Below are positions 1 to 9,073 of a stretch of 39,501 nucleotides of DNA, piece by piece; positions within the stretch are counted from its first letter, which is position 1, and every line of letters starts with the position of its first letter. Source of the DNA: Bdellovibrionota bacterium (GTDB taxonomy: Bacteria > Bdellovibrionota_C > UBA2361 > JBIKWN01); contig JBIKWN010000018.1 of assembly GCA_044356295.1 (NCBI GenBank), forward strand, positions 1 to 39,501, given 5' to 3'. The notes beneath the pieces were generated by a model. It had not been told where the DNA came from. It saw only the letters and a list, made by a program, of their open reading frames with translations, and ran no database searches. A program made the position numbers and the translations under genes.

Positions 1-305
1 ATCTCTTTAACAGCTTTGTAGAGAAGAAAAAGTCCCCCAGCAAGTAAAATAAGATCTTTTCCGGTAAGGCTAGCGATGACAGGTGTTGTTAACTTTTGCA
101 GAGCGCTTACACCCAACAGTGCAACGACCCTAGCCAACAAAGCAACGGTTAAACCTAATCGTCTTGCAAATTCTTGTTGAGCTGCAGGAAGTTTTCCAAC
201 AAGGATAGATATAATAAGAATATTATCTATACCAAGGACAAGTTCTAAACCAATAAGTAGTGATAGTGTTGCCCAAGTATTTGGGTCCATGAATATTTCT
301 GACAT
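1..305 (-). CDS. TerC family integral membrane protein (5' part; runs off the window edge)
   Basis: Manual translation from ATG at 305: MSEIFMDPNTWATLSLLIGLELVLGIDNILIISIL...GKDLILLAGGLFLLYKAVKE. LELVLGIDN and GGLFLL are TerC hallmarks. Not in the ORF track. Confidence 0.9.
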   Translation of the reverse strand, partial: MSEIFMDPNTWATLSLLIGLELVLGIDNILIISILVGKLPAAQQEFARRLGLTVALLARVVALLGVSALQKLTTPVIASLTGKDLILLAGGLFLLYKAVKE

Positions 306-317
306 ACGTACCGGATT

Positions 318-791
318 CTAACCTACAAGGTCACGGTGAGAAAAGCCATCAAGTCTGAGGATCAAGTATGCTTTGAAAAGATGATTATGAAGCTCCGTTA
401 AAAGAGCATGGCGAGTACGAAAATCACTCCCTGCAGCGATGACAGTTTTTTGCAGTACAATAATATCATTATGGGATATACCCGCACTTTCAATAGCCTC
501 ATCAATCAAAGCGAAAAAAGTACTAGGCGTCATATCCAATTTCTTCTCTGAATATCCATGTAGTTCTGCATTTTCTGCAAGACCACTTGCCGTGCTCGTA
601 CGTCGATAAACATCACCAAAGGTTTCTCCTGCTCTGAAAACATTTTGAACAGTTTGAGTACGGTAAAAACCACCAGGAACGACACAGAAAAAATTATTCA
701 AATACTCTGGAGACATTTTTTCAACAGCTATCTCTACGAGTGGAGTAGTGATTGAAATTTTGGAAATATCATGAAGTGCTTGATTACTCAT
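318..791 (-). CDS. hypothetical protein
   Basis: ORF 318..797. The ATG at 791 overlaps the end of the upstream ORF. No recognisable motif. Confidence 0.6.
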   Translation of the reverse strand: MSNQALHDISKISITTPLVEIAVEKMSPEYLNNFFCVVPGGFYRTQTVQNVFRAGETFGDVYRRTSTASGLAENAELHGYSEKKLDMTPSTFFALIDEAIESAGISHNDIIVLQKTVIAAGSDFRTRHALLTELHNHLFKAYLILRLDGFSHRDLVG

Positions 792-1155
792 GAGCACCTT
801 CCATTAAATAATTGATAAACGCTTGACTTAATTGACCTGAATCAGGTGGTTTTATTTCTCCGTCTACGAGAATTTCTAATTCAGAACCTTCTCCATAGAC
901 CTGCCCTTTAATTACAAATATACCATCTGAAATTTTTGGTAATGTTTTAAGGAAATCAGTTTCGTATCCGCATTCTATGAGTCGAACAGAAGAAACTCCG
1001 GAAAGTATCAACTGTCTTTGCACTGATGGATCAAGTAATGATTGTTGAATTGCAGTGGTAGTTGAGTTTAAATGTGAAGCCTCATCCACAGGCGTGGTTG
1101 AATCTTCTTTTTTAATGCTTCCCTTCAAAATGCTACTTCGCACAACAGTCCCCAA
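784..1155 (-). CDS. hypothetical protein
   Basis: 123-aa ORF co-oriented with and overlapping its neighbour. No recognisable motif; start uncertain. Confidence 0.5.
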   Translation of the reverse strand: MGTVVRSSILKGSIKKEDSTTPVDEASHLNSTTTAIQQSLLDPSVQRQLILSGVSSVRLIECGYETDFLKTLPKISDGIFVIKGQVYGEGSELEILVDGEIKPPDSGQLSQAFINYLMEGAHE

Positions 1156-1278
1156 ACCGTCTTCTATTACTAAACCTGCACAACAAACATTATGCTAATG
1201 TTATATAGACGCTGTTTTGTTAAGAGTCGTTGCGGTATTTAAACGATTTTTTACAATTTATTTTAGGGACGAACTATA

Positions 1279-2142
1279 TTAGTCTCGAACTCGTCTTCGG
1301 ACATTTTTCTTCTTAGTTTTCGAGAAGTTAGCTCGCTCTTTCGAGAAGCCCCCTGCTCTTCCAGGCTGAGCCTTAGGCTTTAGGATTGTAGTTGTTTTTT
1401 TACCTTCGTCTAGTTCAGCGAACACTTTTTTACGCAGGGCGAGGTACTCGCTTTGGGACAGCTTTTTAAGTTGTCCACCTGTTAATGTACCAAGTTTCAC
1501 TGGACCGTGTTGAATCCGTTTGAGTCGCACCACTGGATGACCGACGCCGTCGAACATTTTACGAACCATTCGGTTTTTACCTTCACCAACTACAATCGTT
1601 AGCTCGGTTTGACCTTCTTCAGTATTTTCAACAACAACTTGCAGTGCTTTAACAAAGTCATCGTCAATCTTCATGCCGTGAAGTAATCGTCGAAGCGTTT
1701 TTTCGTTCACTTCTCCTTTAACACGAACTTCATACGTTCTTTCGAAACCGTACCGAGGATGCATTAAGCGATTTGCAAGATCACCATCGTTAGTAAGAAT
1801 TAATAGACCTGATGAATCATAATCAAGACGCCCAACAGGAAAGTAGCTTTGGTAATGTTTTGTTAAATAATCAGCAATAGATTTTCGACCTTCAGGATCT
1901 GAAAGCGTCGACATGACACTTCGTGGCTTATGCAGAAGCATCACACCTTTTTCAGCCATACGAATCGATCGATTACCGATCTGTACATTATCATCTACTG
2001 GATGAACCATAACATTCATCTCTTTTACGACGATTCCGTTTACTCGCACTTTTCCCTCGCGAATAATTTCTTCAGCACCACGCCGAGCACATTCGCCGCA
2101 TTCAGCTAGAAATTTAGTGATTCGTACGTATGCCTGACTCAC
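1279..2142 (-). CDS. rluB: 23S rRNA pseudouridine synthase, RluB/RsuA family
   Basis: N-terminal S4 domain (RITKFLAECG..RRGAEEII), catalytic VGRLDYDSSGLLILTNDG, EGKNRMVRKM; follows scpAB as usual. Confidence 0.9.
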   Translation of the reverse strand: MSQAYVRITKFLAECGECARRGAEEIIREGKVRVNGIVVKEMNVMVHPVDDNVQIGNRSIRMAEKGVMLLHKPRSVMSTLSDPEGRKSIADYLTKHYQSYFPVGRLDYDSSGLLILTNDGDLANRLMHPRYGFERTYEVRVKGEVNEKTLRRLLHGMKIDDDFVKALQVVVENTEEGQTELTIVVGEGKNRMVRKMFDGVGHPVVRLKRIQHGPVKLGTLTGGQLKKLSQSEYLALRKKVFAELDEGKKTTTILKPKAQPGRAGGFSKERANFSKTKKKNVRRRVRD

Positions 2143-2870
2143 GAGCTAATTGCTTCTTGAAAATCGAGGCTATTATCATCCTCTTGCCCAGCTGATTGAT
2201 TATCCACATCTGAAGAAGAATCCTGTTCAGCCGTCTCACCTGGATCTTCATCAAGTGGCGCAAGATCACGAAGTGTTGGGAGTTCTGCGAGGGAGCCAAG
2301 ACTAAATAATTTTAGAAACTCATCAGTCGTTGCATAGAGAGCTGGATTTCCGACAGTTGATTGATGTCCAACGATTTTAATTAAGTTCCTATCTAGTAAT
2401 GTTTTAACAGTAGGAGTTGCATCAACACCACGAATCCCTTCGATATCGCTTTTAATAATTGGTTGGCGATAAGCAATAACCGCTAACGTTTCTAAAGCTG
2501 CAGGGCTTAGACGTTTTGGTTTTTCTTCTTTAAGTTTTTGAAGAATTGGTGCGTAGAAAGATTTAGTTCTGAATTGATATTTATCACCGAGTCGAACCAG
2601 TTCAATTCCACCGCTTATTTCAGAGTATTTATTTTTAAGAGCTAAAATAGCTTCAGCGATTTCGTTTTCACTCAGTCCTGAAACAGCCCCAATTTTTTCT
2701 TCATCGATTGGTGACCCGTGGGCAAAGATGATCGCTTCGACCATTGAAGATATCTCATCAGCAGTCAAAGGTTCAGCATTCTCATCTTCTTGACTATCAA
2801 CGTCTTGCTCTTCTATTTCTGCAGCCACTTCTACAACCACAATTTCATTTTCATCAACTACATCAACCAT
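2139..2870 (-). CDS. scpB: SMC-Scp complex subunit ScpB
   Basis: LSPAALETLAVIAYRQPI, IEGIRGVD, LYATTDEFLKLFSLGSLAELP. Probable start is ATG 2870, overlapping the end of scpA (track ORF extends to 2897). Confidence 0.95.
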   Translation of the reverse strand: MVDVVDENEIVVVEVAAEIEEQDVDSQEDENAEPLTADEISSMVEAIIFAHGSPIDEEKIGAVSGLSENEIAEAILALKNKYSEISGGIELVRLGDKYQFRTKSFYAPILQKLKEEKPKRLSPAALETLAVIAYRQPIIKSDIEGIRGVDATPTVKTLLDRNLIKIVGHQSTVGNPALYATTDEFLKLFSLGSLAELPTLRDLAPLDEDPGETAEQDSSSDVDNQSAGQEDDNSLDFQEAISS

Positions 2871-3678
2871 TTTGGATCTCATCAAATTCAGATTCAAATA
2901 CTACTGGTTCAGAGCCAGCTTGGCGCCCCATACCAATAAGACCAATTTCTATATCATTAAAAACTTCATTTTGTGTTACAAAAATTATCCCTCTTTTTGC
3001 GAGTTCAAGTAACGCTAAAAATCCAGAAATAACAGACGCGCGGTTTGATTTATCAGTAACTAATCTTTCAAATGAAATCGGCTCTTTAATTGTTGATAAC
3101 ATATCAACAATACTCATCATGCGATCCACAATAGATACAGAATCAACAGTAATTGTAAAAAGCGGACCTTGTAACTTATTTTTCTCGAGAACTTTTTTGA
3201 AAGCTTTTGCTAAAAGAAGCGGTTCATGATTTTTTAGTTCAGCAGGAAGAGGAGTAATACCATCAAACAAAACCTTATTCTCAAAAACATCGAGTCCAAG
3301 AATATCGCGCTCTGAAAGCTTCATCGCCCCATCTTTATAAATAGCAGCTTCGCGGATTCGCTCTAGTAGCACTTGATGCGGGTCAACCATTGTACCGTCT
3401 TCATCGGGAACAAGTTCAACTGGTTCATTTAAAAGAATACTCGCTTTAATAGAAAGCAAGGTTGATGCAATAACCAGATACTCCCCCGCTATTTCCAGAT
3501 CCAGGTGCTTCATATTTTCAAGGCACGCAAAATACTGCGAAGTGATCTGATAAAGAGAGAGCTTTTCAATCGGAAGCTCGTTCTTTTTAACTAAATGCAA
3601 AAGAAGATCGATTGGACCATCAAAGCTGTCTAATCGAACTTCAAAGAAATGACTGGTTGATTCTGGGGTGGCACTCAC
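2863..3678 (-). CDS. scpA: segregation and condensation protein A (kleisin)
   Basis: FDGPIDLLLHLV, EYLVIASTLLSIKA, FLALLELAKRG motifs. Confidence 0.95.
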   Translation of the reverse strand: MSATPESTSHFFEVRLDSFDGPIDLLLHLVKKNELPIEKLSLYQITSQYFACLENMKHLDLEIAGEYLVIASTLLSIKASILLNEPVELVPDEDGTMVDPHQVLLERIREAAIYKDGAMKLSERDILGLDVFENKVLFDGITPLPAELKNHEPLLLAKAFKKVLEKNKLQGPLFTITVDSVSIVDRMMSIVDMLSTIKEPISFERLVTDKSNRASVISGFLALLELAKRGIIFVTQNEVFNDIEIGLIGMGRQAGSEPVVFESEFDEIQNG

Positions 3679-3758
3679 AGGTTTAAACTACTTGAACTAT
3701 TGGTTTTTGTCTATCCGTGAACCGATACTAGCATAACTTAGAATCTTTATCCCCCTTT

Positions 3759-3786
3759 CCCGTGACCGTAGGCGTGAGCGTGAGCG
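3759..3786. repeat. hexamer-based repeat tract (CGTGAC/CGTAGG/CGTGAG) upstream of the four-helix-bundle gene
   Basis: cccgtgaccgtaggcgtgagcgtgagcg; its core is the reverse complement of cacgctcacgcctacg at 4281-4296. Confidence 0.85.
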
Positions 3787-3838
3787 AAAAAATCAAAAAA
3801 ACAAGCAACTCTCACCAAATTTTATCGAATACCATAAT

Positions 3839-4179
3839 ATGTTTAGTCACGAACGTCTTGATGTCTATCATCGATCATTAGAATTGATGGATATGCTAAT
3901 CCCAATAGTAAAAGCTATCCCAAAAGGAAATAGAGAATTAGTAGACCAACTAAAAAGAGCAAGTATTTCGTTGGTTCTTAACATAGCTGAAGGGGCTGGA
4001 AAATCAGCGATTGACGACAAAAAACGATTTTACTCGATAGCGAGAGGTTCTACTTTAGAATGTGCTGCAATACTGGATTTATTACTCCCTGGGGTATTTT
4101 AAATGATGAGACTATAGCGATGGTAAAGAATAAACTTCTTCAGATTGCTTCAATGCTTTCGAAGCTAATTCTTAGATAG
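3839..4179 (+). pseudogene. four helix bundle protein (23S rRNA IVP / TIGR02436-like), frameshifted near codon 80-86
   Basis: FSHERLDVY, DQLKRASISLVLNIAEGAGK, FYSIARGSTLECAAILD. Frame 0 stops at 4102, but the -1 frame continues GILNDETIAMVKNKLLQIASMLSKLILR to TAG at 4179, the expected last helix. Confidence 0.8.
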
Positions 4180-4228
4180 TGATTGGTCACCCTCAAGCCT
4201 ACGGCTACTGTCTTCAAATGAAGAATAT

Positions 4229-4313
4229 TACCCCCGTGAACCTGACCTTGAGCGTGAGCTTGAGCTTAAATTATCTGGGTCACGCTCACGCCTACGCTCA
4301 AGGTCACGGGGTA
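4229..4313. repeat. imperfect hairpin built from the same hexamer units
   Basis: Left arm tacccccgtgaacctgaccttgagcgtgagcttgagc and right arm gggtcacgctcacgcctacgctcaaggtcacggggta are imperfect reverse complements. A further degenerate arm lies at 4186-4204. Confidence 0.85.
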
Positions 4314-4333
4314 GAAATACCTTAACTTAATGA

Positions 4334-5131
4334 CTAACCCCCCTGCATCCGGTACATACTCAAAAAAACCGCAGCCGCCTGACCAACATTTAATGAATCC
4401 ACTACTCCATGCTGACTCAAATAAATCTGAGCATCAGCCTCTTTTGCAATCAATGCCTGCACCCCATCCGATTCACCACCAAGAACAATCACAGTTTTTT
4501 CAGAAAATTTATATGAATAAGCATCAACCGCAGTATCAGAAATCATTGTAGCCACAATCTGAAACCCAGCTTTTCGAAGTCGCGTAAGAGATTCTCGAAG
4601 ATTCGAAACAACAGCGTGCGGAGCAAACTGCAAAGCTCCAGCACTAACAGAATTCACCGCATCAGTTATCGGAGCACTCCGATTTTTTGACCAAACAGTA
4701 CAAAGCGCTCCAAATGAATCAGCAGCACGAAGAATCGAACCTAAATTTTGCGGGTCTTGCACACCATCGAGTGCTAAAATGACACCTTCATCACAAGAAA
4801 AAGCAAGCTCTTCTAACTGCGATAAATCAAGTGGAGTATTTGGAATTACCTCTGCAACAAATCCTTGGTGATGTCTCGCAATCCTACTTAATTCATCAAA
4901 TCTAACTACTTCCGTCCTAGCTTTCTTAGATTCAACTAATGACAGTAATTCTTTCCCAGTTTTATCCATCCCCTCAGCTTTTTCAGAGACTTTGATACAG
5001 ATAACTCTTTCAGGAGAATTCAGCAAAAGTTGGCGCACAGCATTCCTACCACCAACAAATGAGGTTTTAGCTTTTGGGGTAGCAACTGACTTAACAGGCT
5101 GGGAATCTTTGTAATTTTTATGGTGCCTCAT
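4334..5131 (-). CDS. rlmB: 23S rRNA (Gm2251) 2'-O-methyltransferase, TrmH/SpoU family
   Basis: HQGFVA, LDGVQDPQNLGSILRAA, VLGGESDG, SLNVGQAAAV SPOUT motifs. Probable ATG at 5131 (track ORF extends to 5185). Confidence 0.88.
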   Translation of the reverse strand: MRHHKNYKDSQPVKSVATPKAKTSFVGGRNAVRQLLLNSPERVICIKVSEKAEGMDKTGKELLSLVESKKARTEVVRFDELSRIARHHQGFVAEVIPNTPLDLSQLEELAFSCDEGVILALDGVQDPQNLGSILRAADSFGALCTVWSKNRSAPITDAVNSVSAGALQFAPHAVVSNLRESLTRLRKAGFQIVATMISDTAVDAYSYKFSEKTVIVLGGESDGVQALIAKEADAQIYLSQHGVVDSLNVGQAAAVFLSMYRMQGG

Positions 5132-5238
5132 TTTGGGGCTTTTGAACTCTCGTTTATTGCAGTACAACAATTTAGAGGATATCAAAAATCAGGTTCTTTG
5201 CATCTAAACCTCTAGAAAATATTGCGATTTAACGATTT

Positions 5239-6321
5239 ATGGCTACCCCTGCTTCCAAATTTAGCTTCAACCAAACCCCAAGTGGACCAAAACCGCTGAT
5301 AATTCAGTGCCCTTCGTGCAGTACGAAGTTTGCTCTCTCTTCAGAGGCAATTACTGGGTCGCCTGCTCCAAAATTTCACTGCTCACGGTGCGACACAATT
5401 TTCTCCCAGGAAGTTCAACCGTATGAAGATCATCTAATACAAGAAGCTCCTCAAGCTGAGTCTAATTTTAATTACACCCAAACCGATAGATTCGAAGAAG
5501 CACATCACCAGATTGAAGCTTCAATGGAGCCGCATAAAGCAGAAACATCGCTAAACTATAACGACCCAATTGCTGCCGACTCTTTTGATTTTTCTTTTGA
5601 CGAAGATAGCGAAAAAATATTTGCAAGTTTTGATTCAGGAATTGGAGACGATTCACACTCAGAGATATCAGTTGCAAAGTTTGATGATGAGCCGATGGGG
5701 TATGGATCTCTAGTACGAGAGCAAGTAGCTCTACACGATCCACTTTCCACCTCCGAGAGCATTCCACTTTTTCAAAGAATTAAAATCCCAACAAAATATA
5801 AAGCCCTCGCCTATCTTACTGCCCCGTGCATTATTTTTCTTTTCTTTGCTTCTTTCATTGCTCTTGTAAGTTCAACAGCTCCATCGGTTGTAGCTTCTGC
5901 AGCGAACCTTATCTCTTCAGAAAAAACAGTCGTAGCACCTCGTGATATATTTGTTAAAAATACAAAGATAAAAAGAATCGCACTTGATTCTGGTGATATG
6001 GTTACCGAGATTACTGGAATCGCAGTTAATAAATCATCAGACACTCTTCGTGATATCGAAATAGAAGCAGTCGTCTATGATAAACTCAGTAAAAAAGTTG
6101 GAACGAATAAAGCAATCGTTTCTTCGAATATTGGAAAATCAAGATTGCAATCACTCACACCAGAGATGATCGAAGACCTTCAACAAACAAGCTCTGCAAG
6201 AAGTTTTTCAATTAAGGCGGGGCAAGAGGTTCCGTTTAGTGCGGTAGTGGTTGAAACTCCATCGAAGAATGGGGCTCCGAAGTTTTTTACTGCTCGGGTG
6301 TTTTCTGCGACTAAGCGATGA
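5239..6321 (+). CDS. zinc-ribbon (MJ0042-type) / DUF3426-like membrane-anchored protein
   Basis: IQCPSCSTKF...FHCSRCDTIF zinc ribbon, acidic linker, one TM helix, beta-rich C-terminal domain (ITGIAVNKS...GQEVPFSAV). Confidence 0.75.
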   Translation: MATPASKFSFNQTPSGPKPLIIQCPSCSTKFALSSEAITGSPAPKFHCSRCDTIFSQEVQPYEDHLIQEAPQAESNFNYTQTDRFEEAHHQIEASMEPHKAETSLNYNDPIAADSFDFSFDEDSEKIFASFDSGIGDDSHSEISVAKFDDEPMGYGSLVREQVALHDPLSTSESIPLFQRIKIPTKYKALAYLTAPCIIFLFFASFIALVSSTAPSVVASAANLISSEKTVVAPRDIFVKNTKIKRIALDSGDMVTEITGIAVNKSSDTLRDIEIEAVVYDKLSKKVGTNKAIVSSNIGKSRLQSLTPEMIEDLQQTSSARSFSIKAGQEVPFSAVVVETPSKNGAPKFFTARVFSATKR

Positions 6322-6367
6322 TTAATACACAATTGAGTCAAGAATAATGCCTTGATATCTTAGATAT

Positions 6368-6604
6368 ATGCCAACTGTTCTAATCTTGAAAGGTTTTCGC
6401 TTCTTCTTTGTGTCTCTAGACAGAGGTGAGCCAATTCATATACATATTGAAAAAGATGATGCGTATGCCAAATATTGGCTTGAACCTGTCAGGCTAGCAA
6501 AAAGCAAGGGATTTAATGCTAAAGAAATGTCTACAATTCGTGGTATTATAGAAAAACATCGAAAGATTTTTATAAAGAGATGGAATGAATTCTTTACCGA
6601 ATAA
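6368..6604 (+). CDS. DUF4160 domain protein (predicted toxin-antitoxin component)
   Basis: MPTVLILKGFRFFF...EPIHIHIEK...AKYWL...WNEFF is the DUF4160 pattern. Confidence 0.85.
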   Translation: MPTVLILKGFRFFFVSLDRGEPIHIHIEKDDAYAKYWLEPVRLAKSKGFNAKEMSTIRGIIEKHRKIFIKRWNEFFTE

Positions 6605-6833
6605 AAAACAAGTCTTTGAACCTCTAGTTGAAGATGTAAACTTTACAGAGTCAGCCCTCATCGTTGCTCTTTCTGATGGTCGCGAGATCAGCATGCCTCT
6701 GGAATGGTCAATCCGTCTTCTTAAGGCAACAACTAAGCAGAGAAAAAAATGGAGACTTATTGGTGGTGGCGTCGGCATCCATTGGGATGCACTCGACGAA
6801 GATATTTTAGTTGAAAGTCTTCTTAGAGGATAG
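6585..6833 (+). CDS. DUF2442 domain protein (predicted toxin-antitoxin partner)
   Basis: LSDGREISMPLEW..RL..AT...GIHWDALDEDI pattern; overlaps the DUF4160 gene by 20 nt. Confidence 0.85.
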   Translation: MNSLPNKKQVFEPLVEDVNFTESALIVALSDGREISMPLEWSIRLLKATTKQRKKWRLIGGGVGIHWDALDEDILVESLLRG

Positions 6834-6834
6834 A

Positions 6835-6859
6835 AATTGAACCAAGGTTGGTATCAATT
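6835..6859. terminator. possible hairpin between convergent DUF2442 and tatA genes
   Basis: aattga-accaa-gg-ttggt-a-tcaatt imperfect inverted repeat; no clear U-tract. Confidence 0.3.
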
Positions 6860-6874
6860 CAGACAGCACAATAA

Positions 6875-7075
6875 TTAAACCTTCGGACTCTCATCCTTCT
6901 TCTCTTCATCCTTCTTAGGAGTCACATCAATCGCCTGAGCTTCGCTAAAACTCTTTTTAAAATTATTAATAGCCTGTCCTAATCCAGAACCAAGCTCAGG
7001 AAGTTTTTTAGTTCCAAAAAGAAGAACAATAATTGAGCCGATAATGAGAAGTTCAACTGGGTTTAATCCGAACAT
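6875..7075 (-). CDS. tatA: twin-arginine translocase subunit TatA/TatE
   Basis: MFGLNPVELLIIGSIIVLLFGTKKLPELGSGLGQAINNFKK; likely start ATG 7075. Confidence 0.92.
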   Translation of the reverse strand: MFGLNPVELLIIGSIIVLLFGTKKLPELGSGLGQAINNFKKSFSEAQAIDVTPKKDEEKKDESPKV

Positions 7076-7129
7076 AAGATGAGGTGCTCCTAACCAAGAA
7101 AGTGTATAACACTTAAGACGAAAGCAGCA

Positions 7130-8191
7130 ATGTACCCTACCCACGCCGACCAAGACAGTGATTTCAGCCTTCCCCTCGCGGTTATCATATCGCTGTTAGT
7201 GCATGTGGGGCTGTTCTTCCTTATGCACAATACAACGATGCAACAACCTGCCCCCCAAGAGCAGGTTATTAATGTTTCACTTGTTGAAGAAGCTCCCAAA
7301 GAGCTTTCTAAAAAAGAGATTCAACAGTTTGTTTCTGCGACAAAACCAGAAGAATCGTTGCAAGACATACCAAAAGAAACAAATCGACTCTCTGATGAAG
7401 ACGTGTCCGTTGTAAAAGAGCAGATTAAAAGAGGTGATATTCTGCCCCCACCCGGAGCTAACTCAAAACTTCAAAAACCGAGCAAAGAGCAACAACCAGT
7501 AAAAGCTCAACAAGAAAAAAATGAGCCCGAAAAAAATACAACTCCTAACGAACAAAAACAAAAAAATACTCTTCAACCAAATAAAGATATTTCACTACAA
7601 GATCTCACCCTTGATACAAAATCACTCCTTTCAAATTTTAGCCAACCTACTACTCAAAGAAAAAATACCACCTCAAGACAAGTATCACCCAGCAACTATC
7701 AAGCTTTTTCCAGACCACTCGGTGCGGGCGCACAATTTATAAGTGATGCCGGAAGCGCAGACTATCTTCCTAATCTTCCTGATGGTGATATGACTCTCTT
7801 GAATGCTAAAGCAAATCAATTTGCAGTTTTTGTCAGAAGAGTAGCTATTCAAGTCTTTTCGCAGATACGCTCACTTGGGTGGGAAAACTTAACTCGCGGC
7901 GATATTGATTCAATCAATAAATTCACAACTGTCATTGCAACTATGTCAGACAAAGGTGAGCTTTTAAAAGTAACACTTGATGATTCATCATCTTCAAGCA
8001 GATTTGATGCAATTATTATTAGTGCTGCAAAAGCAGGAACAAAAGATCCAAATCCTCCTGCGGCTGCAAAAGCCAGTGATGGAAATATTAAGTTTATTTT
8101 CAAAGCAAGAAGTTGGAGTGAGATTGGTGCTGGGCGTGGTGGTGTGCCTACCGAGAGGCGATGGTTGCTGCTTTCGACGGGACTTGAATAA
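7130..8191 (+). CDS. TonB/TolA-like energy transducer with C-terminal TonB_C-type domain
   Basis: N-terminal TM helix with SLLVH (SxxxH) motif, P/Q/K-rich linker, C-terminal SSSSSRFDAIII...DPNPP. Confidence 0.7.
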   Translation: MYPTHADQDSDFSLPLAVIISLLVHVGLFFLMHNTTMQQPAPQEQVINVSLVEEAPKELSKKEIQQFVSATKPEESLQDIPKETNRLSDEDVSVVKEQIKRGDILPPPGANSKLQKPSKEQQPVKAQQEKNEPEKNTTPNEQKQKNTLQPNKDISLQDLTLDTKSLLSNFSQPTTQRKNTTSRQVSPSNYQAFSRPLGAGAQFISDAGSADYLPNLPDGDMTLLNAKANQFAVFVRRVAIQVFSQIRSLGWENLTRGDIDSINKFTTVIATMSDKGELLKVTLDDSSSSSRFDAIIISAAKAGTKDPNPPAAAKASDGNIKFIFKARSWSEIGAGRGGVPTERRWLLLSTGLE

Positions 8192-8236
8192 GTCAAAATA
8201 TTGAGTTCTCGAGTCCTTTAATGATATTAATTCTCT

Positions 8237-9073
8237 ATGAATAGCCCAAAAAAATTATCCCTTTGGAATGAGTCATCCGACCCTTACTTTAATCAAAGAA
8301 ACACAATTGCTTTCGACCTTGATGATACTCTAACCGTACACGGAGAATTATCCAGTGAAACAATCCGAGAGCTTGAACTTGCAGGAGAAAAAGGCTGGTT
8401 AAGAATCCTAGTAACGGGCAGGTCTGCAGGATGGGTTGATGCAATTATTAAACTTCTTCCTTTCGACGGTGTTGTCGGAGAAAACGGCGCCCTACTTTCA
8501 TTTTGGCAGAATAAACGTGGGAATCGTTTAGAAAGAGAAGAGCCAAAGAAATTATTTTGGACTCCAAAAGGTTACAAAGATGCTCCGCCAGAAGGCTTAC
8601 AAGAAAAGTTTAACTCTACTGCTTCAACTATAATGAAAGCTGTTCCAGGAACTAGAATTGCATCAGACCAAAGATACAGAATCTATGATCTTGCAATTGA
8701 TTTCGCTGAAGAAGTCGATCCGCCACTTCCACTTGATGATGCATATAAGATTCAAAAACTTTTTGAAGAGAACGGTGCCGTTGCTAAAGTAAGCAGCATC
8801 CACGTGAATGGTTGGTGGGGTAATTTTTCAAAACGAGATGGCCTTACAGAACTTCTTGAGAAAATTTGGTCAAGAAGTATCGCCGATAATTTAATCTATG
8901 CTGGCGACTCACCAAATGATGGTCCGCTATTTGAATGTGCAGGTGTATCTGTTGGGGTTTCGAATATCGAACCATTTTTGTCCCGCACCGACTTCCATAA
9001 ACCACTCTATATTACTGAAGGTGAAGGTGGTCATGGATCAGTTGAGCTATTAAGAAAACTAAAAGTAGTTTAA
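8237..9073 (+). CDS. HAD-IIB family hydrolase
   Basis: FDLDDTLT (motif I), VTGRS, GENGA, SSIHVNGW, YAGDSPND (motif IV). Confidence 0.88.
   Translation: MNSPKKLSLWNESSDPYFNQRNTIAFDLDDTLTVHGELSSETIRELELAGEKGWLRILVTGRSAGWVDAIIKLLPFDGVVGENGALLSFWQNKRGNRLEREEPKKLFWTPKGYKDAPPEGLQEKFNSTASTIMKAVPGTRIASDQRYRIYDLAIDFAEEVDPPLPLDDAYKIQKLFEENGAVAKVSSIHVNGWWGNFSKRDGLTELLEKIWSRSIADNLIYAGDSPNDGPLFECAGVSVGVSNIEPFLSRTDFHKPLYITEGEGGHGSVELLRKLKVV

Noticed and set aside
1156..1278. Additional copy of the ACA-N16 motif upstream of 1155
   Set aside because: A TATAACAT-like box is present on the minus strand but the ACA spacing does not match 16 nt.
3839..4313. Diversity-generating retroelement (Avd-like gene plus hairpin)
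   Set aside because: No reverse transcriptase and no TR/VR pair differing at adenines seen in the window.
3759..4313. rRNA gene with intervening sequence
   Set aside because: Flanks are protein-coding (scpA, rlmB); no rRNA-like sequence.
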